Source of the DNA: Podarcis tiliguerta
Lineage: Eukaryota
DNA length: 64,000 nt
Direction: 5' to 3' (one strand)
NCBI GenBank assembly: GCA_965153285.1
Contig: OZ229115.1
The notes beneath the pieces are model-generated. The model worked only from the letters and a program-made list of their open reading frames with translations, was not told the DNA's origin and searched no databases. Positions 45,925 through 59,201 of this stretch are shown here, in pieces (positions within the stretch are counted from its first letter, which is position 1; the number at the start of each line of letters is the position of its first letter). The translations under genes and the position numbers were made by a program.

Positions 45925-46016
45925 TGACTGATCTGGACCATCTCCTCCAAGAACACGGAAGCCAAAGCCAGACTCTTGCTTTCGAAGAAAAACATCCAAA
46001 TCTTTTGTATTTGGAG
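45925..46016 (-). CDS. MAGI3: MAGI3 PDZ exon ([31 protein letters not shown])
   Basis: aactag / GTGAGT boundaries, 92 nt. Confidence 0.96.
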
Positions 46017-48059
46017 CTAGTTAAGATAAGATGGGGAGAGTTATGTTTGCAGTGGGCCATGCTTGCACATTGCGAAAAAGCATAAGCAAAAATGAAAACT
46101 TAATCGTTTTATAGATTTTTTAAAAAGAGAAATGCTCATTTCTGAAAGTATTTAAAATGTTAAGACACCTGCAGTATTAAATCATGAATTAGACTAACAC
46201 CCCAGCTGCTGAATATACATACAAAAATATATGTACTGAAAAACACTCGAGCCCAACTAATCCACTCAGTGAACTAAACTGCCATGGGTTAAAATGGCAG
46301 CTTGGGTTAAAATGGCTGCAAACTATTTACAAATACTCTGTTAAAGCCTCAGAAAAATAAAAAGAAAAGTTCAGAATAATGTGAGTTACAAGGAGATTTG
46401 GGTAACTTTAGTTTTAGGCCCCATTTAGATGTTATTACACCCTTCAGAGAAGAGGTTGGGAGTGGGCCTTCGACTCATCTGCTTCCTCCCACTGCTCCTC
46501 TCATCATGGAGACAAATGAATGGCCAAACAACTTTCTGGGTTCATTCGCTTCTCCCATGGTAAGATGGACAGGGGAGGGAGTGTACAATCCTGACTCTTG
46601 CTCCCAATACTTCCCTTGGTAAAATCTGGGAAGAGAACAAGACCTCAGAGAGTGTAACTATAGTAGGCTCTGGTGAAGATGATATTTGAAACAAAAAAAG
46701 ATAGGTATTAGCTTTTAGACGAATACTTTATCCTTTTCACAAAGTTAGTAAATGGCACTTAGACATTCCAAAAGGTCTAGCAGCTATAAGAATCTACCTA
46801 AGAACTGCTAAGAACCATCTTAAAACCAAACTCTTGGGGCACACTTTACCAACTCTCTGAAAACTTTCCCACTTAGCCAAATTATGTAGACCAAAAACAA
46901 ATTTCAAGTCAGACAAGTGAAGCAGGTTCAGGTTCAGATTTAACCTTTTAACAAATTTTACCATAAGCAAATTTCTTCAGCTGGTAGGGAACAGTGTCTT
47001 GCAGCACCTTAGAGACTAAAAAATGTAGTATGGCACAAGCTTTTGTGGACTAGAGAAGTGAATGGTAATCCACAAAAAACTTATGACATAATACATTAGT
47101 TAGTCTGCATTGTTTTTGCTGCAGCAAGCCAACATGGCTAACCCTCTGAAAATTCTAGTGATAAGCTATTGAAAAGCCAGTGATCTGGCTGCCTTTGACA
47201 AAGACTGCTTCCAGGTGACCAGGCAGATTTTTAAAAAAAGTTCTCTGTCTTTCGAATCACAAATAACTTACCTAGGTAAGTGTGGGCAAGGTATGCTAGT
47301 AAACAACTGAAAGACTGGGCTTCAGATAGGACAATCTTCAAGGCAAACTTATCAAGATTATTCAAAAGCCTTCCAGAATTTACTGTCATTAAAATTATGC
47401 AATTCCTTGTAGGAATATGATACATATATTAGTATTAATCCAGGATAACTATGATTTCTGTAGCTGTCTTCATATAATTGCCACACATTTTAATGGGAGT
47501 TCATACTTCCCAGCTTGTGACAGCTGAATATTCTGAGCCAGCTTCACTGAGACTTTTTCTTGCACTGACTGATATTATCTCTATACATAGGGAGTGTAAA
47601 GTGGCATGAAACAAGACCATATCAATTTATGTACATCTTTTAAAATGTAAAATAACTATGATTTGAATATGGACCGCTGGGTGGTCAAAGAGAATATAAC
47701 AGAGCCTGCTTCAGCTAGGCTGTCCCCTCCCATGATCATCTACCACCAGCTGTCCTCTGGGAAGGAACTATGAGAGAGGCAGACAAAGATAACACCAGAT
47801 GTCTATTTCTGCTTCAGTTGGACTATCCTGTGGGAAGGATCCTGAAGAGTTGTGCCTTTGTGATTTTCTTATTGTATTTTTATTTTTATTATTACTGTTA
47901 ACAGCAGGATATAAAATATTGTAAATCCAATGTTTCCCCATAAATATTTACAAGCTGCACTAGGCTGTGGTGTTGAAGCACCACATTTCAGCTATCATTT
48001 TAATTCACAGTTTATAGTTAAAATTGGTTTTAATTGTCAAAAGAAACGTGTCTAATCAC

Positions 48060-48060
<1 letters not shown>

Positions 48061-48107
<47 letters not shown>

Positions 48108-48226
48108 TATTTATACCCCGCCCATCTGGCTGCTTCCTCTGGGTGGCTTCCAGCAAAATATTAAAATACAATGATTCATCAAATAATAAAATCTTCCCTA
48201 AACAGGGCCGCCTTCAGATGCCTTCT
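48061..48226 (-). mobile_element. L2 3' end fragment with (TAA)n tail, same family as 8447-9648
   Basis: Shared tttataccccgcccatctggctg...ccctaaacaggg sequence. Confidence 0.85.
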
Positions 48227-48607
48227 GATAATATGCAATCCTGGTGAAAACACATCTTAAGGACAGAACTGGTAGAGTTCTATCATCAAACTTCTATTGA
48301 CAAAATTAGGAAAAACACTGCTGAAGATGGAATAGAAATGAGAAGTCCAACAAAATCTTAATGACAGTTACAAAACAGTAACTAGGTCAATGTCAGAAGC
48401 TGACTATAGATCTCCCCTACTTCACATATGAAAATCATTGCTGGCTAATAAGTTTCTGAGGGGCAGTGTTAAGATATTTGCATTAGTATCATCTCTACTG
48501 AGAGAAAGAGTACAATATTAACAGCATTATGAGACACCCTTCTTCTGAAGAAGAGATCTGTGTCTATGGTCAGGAAGGGTAATCACATGTGTTCCAACCC
48601 TGTATAG

Positions 48608-48743
48608 CAAGCATAGGCAAACTCGGCCCTCCAGATGTTTTGGGACTACAACTCCCATCATCCCTGACCACTGGTCCTGTTAGCTAGGGATGATGGGAGT
48701 TGTAGTCCCAAAACATCTGAAGGGCTGAGTTTGCCTATGCCTG
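48608..48743. mobile_element. hAT MITE, near-perfect fold-back
   Basis: Long inverted arms; 8-bp TSD ctgtatag / ctctatag. Confidence 0.9.
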
Positions 48744-50521
48744 CTCTATAGCTACCACAGGAATAAATTTCAAGGTCAAAGCTCAGGTGGTTTAGAGAGA
48801 CGGTGACTATATGGTGACCAAACTAATTTTATAATTTGTACAAAAAGAGCCTTCTCTTCCACTCATTTTGTATCATATCCCTGATCTTATCTATATGCAA
48901 AGATTTTAAACTCTACTGAAATTTATTGCATATCTGCTTGCCTACCAGTGATGCACCTTGTCTTTTCTAATGTTTTAGTATGAAATTTAAAAACAGAGGC
49001 AGGCAGCCAGCCAGCCATATAATTGCATCTGTTCGTACAAGCTGTTTTAAAGCAACAATAATAAACAAAGATACAATAAAATACAAAATACACCTCTTGC
49101 TAAATTGAAATAAGTGTTTTCAAACATCTTACTTTATTATTACGTAAGTTTTCACTGGCTAAAGTCCTCTTTGTCAGATGCTGAATTGCAATGTCTAGGA
49201 ACTAGAAGGGATGCACCAGAGTCTATAATAGTTTAGCTTTAGGTTCAGTTCTGTAATGCTATTACAGTGATGGCAACATTTATTTCCTATTCCTGATGAG
49301 CTTTAGCTAGAGTGTGTTAAGACTTCTCAGCTGTTATGGTCGGGTGGTCCAATAAGATACCTAAAGAGTCCCAGCAGGCATCTAGTAGTTTAATGAGAAG
49401 TTAAGGGTCCCGGTGAAGCCAATGTTAGGATCCATCATCCTGTTTTTAACATACTGAAGCCTGGAATATCTTCCTCCTTTTGGACCATCCATATCTCCTC
49501 CACCACCAGGGCCAGTTTCTGCCCATAAGTCAGCTTACTTTCCTATGTCATATACTTTCTTGTCATAACTTCCTAATCACCTATACATTAGGGATGATAG
49601 TGAATCTGCAATGGGTTACTAAAAAAAAATCCACATCTAGCTTCTTCTTCCTTTTCAAAGGCCTGAAGCAACTTGGCATTTTTCACACTACACATTGGAC
49701 ATTTCAGTAAATGATGGGCAAAATAGCTACTTTGAAAACAAATACAAACAGCATTAAATGATGCTGCTGGTTGCTCACAGCTGCTGTCTGCTGTAACAAG
49801 ATGGCTGGAGAACTTTCTGAAGAAAGTTCTCCTGGCTGCAGTGTGGTCTTGGATTTCTCTGCAACCCCATCTCCTCTGAATCTTTTAGTACTTGTTCTAA
49901 GTTACTTTTTTCTTGTCAGTGCTGGTATTTTATTTCATTGTCTCTGGATCTCTCTCTTCAATGATTTGTTGCTTCATTGTATGAGCTCCTGCTATTTAGT
50001 TCCCTCTTCTTCCCTTTGCTTTCTTGGGCTGATTGGCAACTGCAGCCTACTTCCCCACTCACATCTTTGCTTGCTTACCTACATCTTCCACGGATCATAC
50101 AATTAAACTCCTGAACTGAAAAATGTGTATGCAGTTCTTGATTCAGATTAAATGGCTGTCATCTGAGTGCTTCTGGTGTTTCCCATTTGGGGACAGGGGT
50201 CTTAGGTCCTTTAAAATTTGTTTGTTAAAATACAAAAGGCTCAATGTATGTGGGTATCTGGTGGTAAAAGCAGTGCCCTAATTTATAAAATAGGAGCTTT
50301 TGCTCAAGTGTACATAGTCAATAAGTGACTCTGGAACTTAATCACCTGTTCTGAGAAACTATTTTACCTCTGTATTTATTGGGAGAGAAAAGCACTCTGT
50401 TAATGTTTAGAGATACTATTTTCTACTGCACCTCCTTTTGGGACTGAGCTTGACAATTCTCAGATCAGAATGCACTTCCGGTAGCTTTGCTGCAATATGT
50501 ATCTTAAGTCTATGTACTCAC

Positions 50522-50678
50522 GTTTTTCTTCAAACAATGTTTTAGACTTCAGGTAGACTTCTGAAGGGTCTAGCTTTGGGGACGCTGACCTTAGAACACT
50601 GGGTGGAAAAGGCATGGGTTGTGGGGCTGGTTCACTGATGGTCTCTTGGCTTCCTGAATTTTCTTGCTTATCTAGTTT
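50522..50678 (-). CDS. MAGI3: MAGI3 linker exon ([12 protein letters not shown]...[17 protein letters not shown])
   Basis: ctctgcag / GTGAGT boundaries, 157 nt. Confidence 0.95.
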
Positions 50679-50908
50679 CTGCAGAGGGTGGGGAGAGAGA
50701 AACCAGAAATATACACTTGTACAAAGTTGCAAGAATATACCAACTCACTTGAACAAGTGAGAGAAGCAGTAACGAGCACCGTAACAACTCAATTCATAAC
50801 AAGCATGCTTCAATTGATGCTTTCTAAAAGGATTATTCCTGCTTGTGGTATCTGAAAGCATTTTCTAATGAAATGTTAATCTAGAACTGCAAATTATTTA
50901 GTTTATGG

Positions 50909-51176
50909 CAGGGGTCCGCAAGGTTTATCTTGCCTGGGCCGGATCGGTCCCACGGAGATCCCTCCGTGGGCTGGACTGCGTGCGCGCCCGCGATTTTCAG
51001 CGTTGGTGTGTGTGCGGATACAGTTTTTGACCCTGCAGAAGTGAGTCCCCGCACTGCAGTGCGCCAGTTTAGCGCAGCGGGAAAGCAGGTGGCTCAGTTC
51101 GGGGGCAGCTCGTGGGACAGTCAAACGACCTCTGTGGGCTGCTTCTGGCCCATGGGCCTTAGGTTGGTGACCCCTG
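50909..51176. mobile_element. hAT MITE
   Basis: CAGGGGTC...GACCCCTG TIRs with perfect 8-bp TSD GTTTATGG. Confidence 0.9.
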
Positions 51177-51247
51177 GTTTATGGTCTTATCTGAAACTTG
51201 CAAGTTGTTTAGGTTATGGCCTTGATTTGAAACTTTAAATATGCGTA

Positions 51248-51489
51248 CAGTGGTACCTCGGGTTACATACTCTTCAGGTTACATACATTTCAGGTTACAG
51301 ACTCCGCCAACCCAGAAATAGTACCTTGGGTTAAGAACTTTGCTTCAGGGTGAGACCAGAAATCGTGCTCCAGCGGTGTGGCAGCAGCAGGAGGCCCCAT
51401 TAGCTAAAGTGGTGCTTCAGGTTAAGAACAGTTTCAGGTTAAGAATGGACCTCTGGAACGAATTAAGTACTTAACCCGAGGTACTACTG
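51248..51489. mobile_element. Tigger/pogo-like MITE, 242 bp, inverted copy of 2827-3068
   Basis: Same TIRs, TA flanks and length. Confidence 0.9.
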
Positions 51490-54400
51490 TAGTTAACTCA
51501 TGAGGTGAAAGCAGTAAAAACAGTGGAATAAAGAATGATAACTTCAGAGAACATCACGTGGCCATAAGCCCCTTAAGATTCCACTTACCAATGTCCCTAA
51601 AAAATTCATCACATCAAATCTACTTCTGCTTTACTCTCTTTACCTAAAACCTCTACTGGAAGCTCAGAAAGTATGTGCCACTGAAGCTCACTGGATGGCA
51701 TTGAGCCAGTCCCTTTTTCTCAGCCTAACCTACCACACAGAGTTGTGAGAATGAAATGGCAAGAGGGGAAACCATGGGCAAAATACCAAAATAATGGGTT
51801 GCATCCCACGAAGTTGTCCCTTTTGTGAAAGGGCTTCATTTGCACAATATAACTTCCCCTCCATCTCCTCTCCTCATGTGCCCCCAGCTTTGAATCTGCT
51901 CCAGGGGTCGGAGGAAAACCCAGAAGGATTATGGATGGCCTGTCAAAGATTACCCTGTCCTTATCCTGTAATGTTTTGTCATGCCCTCCCCACAATAGGG
52001 GCATTTGATGCAGCATAGTTGTGAGTTAGAAAGTTCCCAAATCTCCCTTTAGCCCTGAACTCACTATATGGCCTTAGGCAAGCTGGTATTTTCTCTGCCT
52101 CAGCCCACCAACTATAATACAAGGGAAATAATAGTACTGAGCTACTTTATAAAGCTGTTGCAAGAATTACTGAAATAACAGGTGTTAAACTGTTGCAATA
52201 TTTTAAAGCATTATATAGTAAATGAAACCAGTTACAATACTGATAGCTTCTATAATGGAAAAACATGGATTGGTTACAGCGGGTTGTAATGTTGACATTT
52301 GCATTTAACTAATCTACTTCCAATCTATGGCAGTTTGTTTCTCTGTACAGTATACTTGTGTGAATAGCTGCTACAGTTGCAGGTGTTTTCCCCTGAATAA
52401 CAAGGGGAAATCATTCACAAGGAATTAAACAGCTGAAAGTAAAAGCCCTCTAAAATTCCTCCTCACTCTATGCAGAAGGGACAGCAAAAACGGCTGCTCC
52501 AGATCAAATGTACGTTTTCAGTGTTTCATAAAACTAGTTGATTTTAAGATGTTTGTTCTAGATTGAGACAAAGCCTGAAACGTGTGTGCAAATGAGTGCA
52601 TATTCATCTGCAGAAGCATTTGAATACATTCATGGCTGCCAAGAGAAAATCCCCGAAGGATTTTACAGTTGGAAACTTTCCACATGTTTATAAGCATAAG
52701 AATTTGCCCTTTTAAAACCAATTAGCTGACAAAGTAGATGTCACTAAGCATTCAGTTTATGTTTAGTGAAGTTAAAACTGTCTGTGCATTTTAATGCATT
52801 CTTCCAAAGATTTCAAAAAGTGACCTTAGTACATCAGCTAGTGTGTTCCTGTTCTTCAGAGCTTTACTCAAATAAAATTAGTGATTCTTCTAATCATTTA
52901 CTGTACATGATTTCCTAGTTTTAAAAATAGTTGCCGAACAGTATTCTTGTGCTAATAGAAAATGAACCAAATGCATTCGCATAAGAGGACAAAAACATAA
53001 TTTTTGTTCATCATAACTCTGAAATTACTTTTTTGAGTATGAGAGAAAAGGCCCTATCAAGTACCATTCATGAAAGTAATCTTTCAATGCTTCTTACTCT
53101 AATTTCTGAGTAGATATAAGAAAAAAGTACATTTAATCAACCTGAAAGATATTGATTTTTGTGAAATTCAATCATACTCTTCACTGGATGAGTATTTTGC
53201 CAGGAGTGGTAACAATAAAAAATGGAGTCATGACAATTATGACAGAACCCAGTCTCCCTACTTAAACTATATTTGAGAGGAACAGTTTTTCATGTCTCAT
53301 TCAGCACTTTCATTAAAAAAAGCAAAGAAAAATGTGTGCTTGTGCATGCATGTAATTCATGTATATCCTACTGAAAACCATAAACTGAAGACTAAGGCAA
53401 AGCAAATATGAAGTATGTGTTTCAACATCACATCTTATCAGTTTGCACACAAATGAGATTCAGAGACAGGTAAAAAAACAATGAAGATTAATATACATGG
53501 TACACTGAAAGATAAAAGAAGTGCTCATAACTCTTTTTTTGATTAATCTTGGAGGGTAATCAAGCTGGATAGTGCTTGCATGAGTTATTAGACCACACTT
53601 TTCTACTAGGATGCTGACATATATTTTATAATTGTTAGGGCTGGGCGATGTTAGGTTTTCAACACTGTGATGTATCACCAGCCAAATATTGTGGTTTGGC
53701 GATAAACCATGATGTTGAAAGAAGCTGTACTGGTCCCAAATGGTGAGGGGTGAAACTGTCTCAGCTGTCACTGCAGTCTGTTTTTCCCTCAGTGCACTGG
53801 AGGCTGAGGGACTTAGGAATGGTGGTGGTTTCACCAGAAATATATTACTGAGTGGAGCTGCCATTGCACTCTGCCCTTCATACCGGTCCTGGGTGATATA
53901 TTGCTGCTGCCAGGCCTAATATGTGTACCCAGAATTTTTAAAGTAAGAGTTACCACTGTGCACTGTAAAGAGTTCAAGAGGGGTTCGTAATCTCTTTTTT
54001 ATTTGGTTCAGCACTAATACTCACAAAAATTGTTTTAGCGATACAACTGTTTTAAACTTTGTCCTTAAGTGGCATAGCTAACATGCTCACCAGCCCTTAC
54101 CTGTGCTAGGCCTTTTCCTATTCCCTATCTTGTAAAGGAAAACAACAAAGTAAAGGTTGTTTTCTAATGCAGAAAGGCAGCTCATTGATTCTATTCAATA
54201 TACACAGCCTTTCCTTTGCTATCATCCACTCCAATGAACAACAGAGTTTGGGAGCTACTTTCAGTTGAGGCAACAAGCAAAATTCATTCTCCTCTCAAAT
54301 TAATACCAGAAAGTAAGCCGATGGAGGGGATTTTTTCTACACTCAGAAATTTAGGAATAAGTTGTCCTTTACAAAAGTTAAGGGAGATATATATAAATAA

Positions 54401-54561
54401 TTTCATCCAAATTTAAGAAACACCAGTGGAGGCTAGCAGCTATTGTACAACTTAAATTTTACATCAGTCTTCCACCACAAATCCTGAGAAGAGAGAGATG
54501 TTTTTCACTGCACACCATTCTTATGTGGAAGTGAGAGCAAACCTCAAAAGGATCCTGGAGA

Positions 54562-54841
54562 CAGGGCCATCTTACCCATTGGTGCTAGGGGTGCGGGACA
54601 CCCAGATGCCGGGCTCTCAGGGGCGCCAGGCCGAGAGTCCGGGCCCGAGGGTTGAGTCCGGGGAAGAGCCCGCCTGTTGGTTGGAGCACTTTGTGCTGTG
54701 AGTTTGGGGGCGACCGAGCCAGTGAGGTGGCCGGCCAGCTCTGCCCTCCTGCGCACCTGTGCGCACCTGGGACTGGGCAATGGGGTGGTGGTGCCGGCGG
54801 ATCTTTGCACCCCGGCACCGCATATGCTTAAGACAGCCCTG
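54562..54841. mobile_element. GC/CpG-rich hAT MITE
   Basis: CAGGGCCATCTTA...TAAGACAGCCCTG TIRs; 8-bp TSD cctggaga / cctggagg. Confidence 0.85.
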
Positions 54842-54953
54842 CCTGGAGGGCTCTAAAAGAGCTAATCTGAATTATCATCAACTTACTTTATGAACAAAAA
54901 AATTGCAGTCAATTCAAACAACTCTGATCAATACTCACATTATCAATACTCAC

Positions 54954-54985
54954 AACATTGGAACTTTTAGTAGGTGAGGAAGGGC
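54954..54985 (-). CDS. MAGI3: MAGI3 32-nt microexon (GPSSPTKSSNV)
   Basis: tctctattttag / GTGAGT boundaries; required to restore phase 1 to 0 between the flanking exons; matches recalled GPPSPTKTAKM; absent from the ORF track. Confidence 0.9.
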
Positions 54986-57049
54986 CTAAAATAGAGAATA
55001 AATATTAATATAACCCATCACACCATTATATTCTACAGTTTTCTATATCCGGTATACTAATCTGGCGGGTTAGAACTCTGTATTCTAGAGGTCTTGTCCA
55101 AGCATTCACAAATCCACTTGTAAGCCTGCCAAGGAGAAAGTGTTCCAGGTTTCTAGTGAGCAGGCCACCTATAACCTTACACATCCCTACCAAAGAGGTC
55201 TTATTTCTACTGCAGTTTTTAAGATGATAAAGAACAGCACAAGTTCTTTCCAAGAACTCGTAGATACATCCTCTGTTTTGGTTAATTTTACATTATAGAA
55301 AAATCTGTTCTATAATTTAATTTGTTCTCCTCACAAAAAAGCCTTCTAAAAGCCTACTACTAAAATCACAAGTTAATGAATTCTGCAGTAAATTCAGGTA
55401 TCCGGCTAGTATTATAATTTGAACCATGACAGTATAGCTCAGATAACAAAGTAGATTCCAAAAACAGGTCAACAGTAACATGGCTTAATTGCACTTTAGG
55501 TAGCAATTAATCCAAACTTCCTGAACATTTTGAAAATAGACATAAGAATCAGTGAACCTACAAACAGATGGCATTATAAAGAGGTTGTTTTCAGTAAATC
55601 AGCATCTTTCAATTTGTTCCAAGAACATGGAACAAGTTCATCTGCCCCAGACACAGTGATATAAATTAATACATATATTTTCCATTCTCACAGGGGAATT
55701 CAAAATCCTTTTATTCCAACATTTATTTTAAATGTTCTAGGTGCCTCATACAATTAAATACAATAAAAATGTGTTTATCTTCTTAGTAACCAACCACTGA
55801 GCTGAAGAGGGACGGAGAGCATATCAGCTTTCCAACAGAAGGAAAAGCTTACAAGTATAGTACAGGAAGAAAAAAGAATATTGTGGCACCTTTAATATGA
55901 ACAAACATATTAAGTTATAAGCTTTTGTAGACTAGAGTCCACTTTATTTGAAGTATCGAATGACGTGAACTCTAGTCCCTGAATTTCTTAGTATTTAAGA
56001 AATCATGGGACTCTCAGATGTTTTTGCTGCAATACAGCTAAACCTCTGAAAAACTCAATAAATAGAAATTGATATTTCCACTGGAGTGTTCCCTCTGCCT
56101 TCACCACCCACCCACCCACCCACCCAAGGGTGGAGGGGACAACGATCTATAGTTAACATTAGTACCTAGGCTAACCATGTAACAGATGGCCAAAACATCT
56201 TGCAAAAAAGGAATTTTCCTTACCACAGGAAAAGTGAATCCTATCAGTCAGTTTTCACACTGAGGGCAATTCCAAATCTGAACTCCCCCAAAAGTTGTAT
56301 ATAAATATATACAAGATCAATAGAGGGATTTGTATTATTTAGCCACTTTAACCAAGATCTCTTAGAGCTGAAGTGACCTGGCAAGGTTAGTCATTTAATA
56401 GCCCAGTTGTACAAACTGATATCACAAATAGTACTTTATGACAATGCAGAGCCCATCAGTAAAAGAAAGCTTACACTTATGCTTAACACTTGATTATGTG
56501 ACCCTCGGCAGGGTGGAGTTAAGAAGCCAAAATAAGCAACCAGAAAGGACAGACAACAGATCAAGACTAATGAAAGGCAAACCAGGAAACCACAAGTGAA
56601 GTTCTTACATGGCAGCACACAAGTATTCACCTTTCATGTATTATATCTACAATATATTTTGCAAAGCTGTTTGGACACCTCTTAAGATTGCATAATCAAA
56701 TTTTGAATGTTGGCTCCAGAGATCAAGAAGCGGGTTTTTGTCTGTACTTGGACAACTGCACTTCATTTTCAATCCAATGGTAGAATGAACCTTTCAAAAC
56801 CACACTGATTTAAACCATCAACATGTATTAAGACAGTGTATGTTGAAAAAAAGATATTACAGTGTTTCACAATTCTTAGTATCTTTTTAAAAAAAATGAA
56901 AAGAGAGAGTATGACATTTTCTACTTTTATTATCACCCATAAATATAAAAATACACAGTGCAAAAGAGTGATTAACTTACATTTACGCCAATACACAGTG
57001 CTTAAAAGTGACAGATATTTTAAAATACATAAAAAATGTCATTACCTAC

Positions 57050-57658
57050 CTCCCCTTAGGATAAGCAGTGGCACTTCTGCTCCAACTGGAAACTGCTTCA
57101 GTACTTCTACCACCTGAAGGTGAGTTAAGTTCTGCACATTCTGATGATAAATCTCTTTAATTACATCCCCTTTCTGAAGACCATGGCACCACTGGCTATC
57201 TAAGATCATCTTCACCTTCTGCCCTACAGGGCTGTCAGCTATTGCAAATCCAAAACCTTTAGGTCCCTTGATCAGAGGAATTGTGACCAGTTCTGCTTGA
57301 GAGCATCCTGAAGAAGACACTGAGGCCCTCTGTTCGTTGAGGTCTGTGGAAGGGCCATTCAAGCGTCCATTGAGTAAGATATGCCCTGGCTTTCCATTCT
57401 GGTCCAAAACCATTGTTCCAGGTATTAACTCTTGGTTGATCATACAAGTATCACCTTTTACTATTTGCTGACCATTTAAGACAGGAGTGGCTGTAACAAT
57501 ATCTACAACAGGGTCCTCATTTTCATCAGGAAGAGGGTATCCACGACACAGAGTCATGTTCACATACTGGTTGACAGGAACCAATTGAAACATCTGGACA
57601 ACATCAGCATGGGTATGGCCCAAGACACACGTGCCATTTATGTCCACAATGACATCAC
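57050..57658 (-). CDS. MAGI3: MAGI3 large internal exon, 609 nt (GDVIVDING...[12 protein letters not shown]...PLLILRG)
   Basis: tttaacag / GTAGGT boundaries; end of one PDZ plus a complete next PDZ. Confidence 0.97.
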
Positions 57659-59060
57659 CTGTTAAAAGCAAACAGGACACTGTTAATACAAATAAACATT
57701 ATTCCCATACCTTAGCATGATCAGGAGGTTAGTAACCTCTCTAAGGAAAAAACTGGAAAATACTCAAAATACTAGCGAAGAAAGATGGCATTATTTCCTT
57801 TTGCTCATTTGCAGCACAAGGCAGGATTTCTCTTGCATGTAATCTGTGTTTTGGCTCTGATAAGATCACACAGTTCTAAATATATAAAGCTTAATCTGCA
57901 GCAGACTCTTGCAATTTCAAAAGGGAATCAGTGGGTTTCAAAATGGAAGCAGTGTGCATGTAACAGTAAGCATATATTTTAGTTTACTTCATACATTCTA
58001 ACACATTTCAAAAGAAATAGACTACTCTTCTAGCTTCCATGTATTGTCACTGAAAAAAGTCCTACAAGTTTTTTTTCATATTAAATTTATTTCATAAATA
58101 ATTTTGCCTTTTAAGAACACAAAAGCAAGTATGGAGAACATGCATCTTTCAACTCTACACAAGAAGAATCAGATTAGTAAAGTCTGATAAATGCTATCAT
58201 ACCCAGTCTGATGATGGACAACTTCACAAACAGCCCTCCTTGTAAGCAAGCCAGTAAACCAAATGAATTCTTACTGGCTTTTTGTATCTATGACTTACTG
58301 CAATGGAATTTCACACAATTCAGATCTAACAATCTAAGACATCTGCCCAGTAATTAGATGTGTGTGGAAGTAAGGAAAAGAGATTATAGAGACTAGAAAT
58401 GAGGGCCACAACCTTCTAAACAAAATATGAAAGCAACAGCATGAAAAGGAAGAACCTGCCTGAGAAAAAAGACAAAAGGTGCTAATGTTCAAAGTGGAGA
58501 GTGACTCAAAGAGAACATTCCATAAACTGCTGTTTTTGTGGTGGTCAGAAGAGAACTCTAGGAAGGGAGTCGCTCTGCTCTGAGCAAAAACAGAGAAAAC
58601 CAAGCTCTCAAGCAGAAAGAGAAAAGTCTGGATCACAGATGTGAAGGTCTAAGGGGGCAGGAATGGGGTGGGGTTTCCTCATTTTTCTCCAAAGCTTTTT
58701 AAAGTTTATTTCCAAACAAATGAAAAAAACACATTATGGAATATTTTCTTTTACAATGAAATACATGTTTAAGGCAAGGTGTTCATATGTTTACTCTCCC
58801 CAAATGATTTCTAAAAACTATGTAGCAGGAAGACCTTTATGTAAGACTGATCAGAACATTACACAGAGGACAATTGTACAAATGAAGAGTACAACTCTCA
58901 ATAGATATCTATCTCTAGAGGGCACTGTCATTGCCACAAGAGAAGAAAGCTTTTTGGGTTGGTGGGCATATATGAAATTTTGAGAAAATTCTGAGGGTAC
59001 CAGTCACAAATGACTGTCACCAAGGTGGTGGCCTAACACAAAATGGCCGCTGCTTCCGAA

Positions 59061-59201
59061 AGAATCAAAGAATTGTAGAGTTGGACGGGAGTGTGAGGGC
59101 CATTTAGTCCAACCCCCTGCAAGGCAGGAATCTTTTGGTCAATGTGGGACTCAAACCCACGACCATGAGATTAAAAATCTCATGCTCTACCAACTAAGCT
59201 A
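59061..59201 (-). mobile_element. SINE with tRNA-Lys-derived head and CR1-derived tail
   Basis: Minus strand reads TAGCTTAGTTGGTAGAGCATGAGA...GGTCGTGGGTTTGAGTCCCAC (degenerate tRNA-Lys), then a CR1 3' end. Confidence 0.8.

Noticed and set aside
57041-57049. Second donor (GTAAT) 4 nt downstream of the large MAGI3 exon donor
   Set aside because: Would frameshift; +4 GT overlaps are a common by-product of the donor consensus.
59140-59201. tRNA-Lys-like sequence as a real tRNA gene
   Set aside because: Acceptor stem and T-loop are degenerate and it is fused to a CR1 tail, so it is a SINE head.
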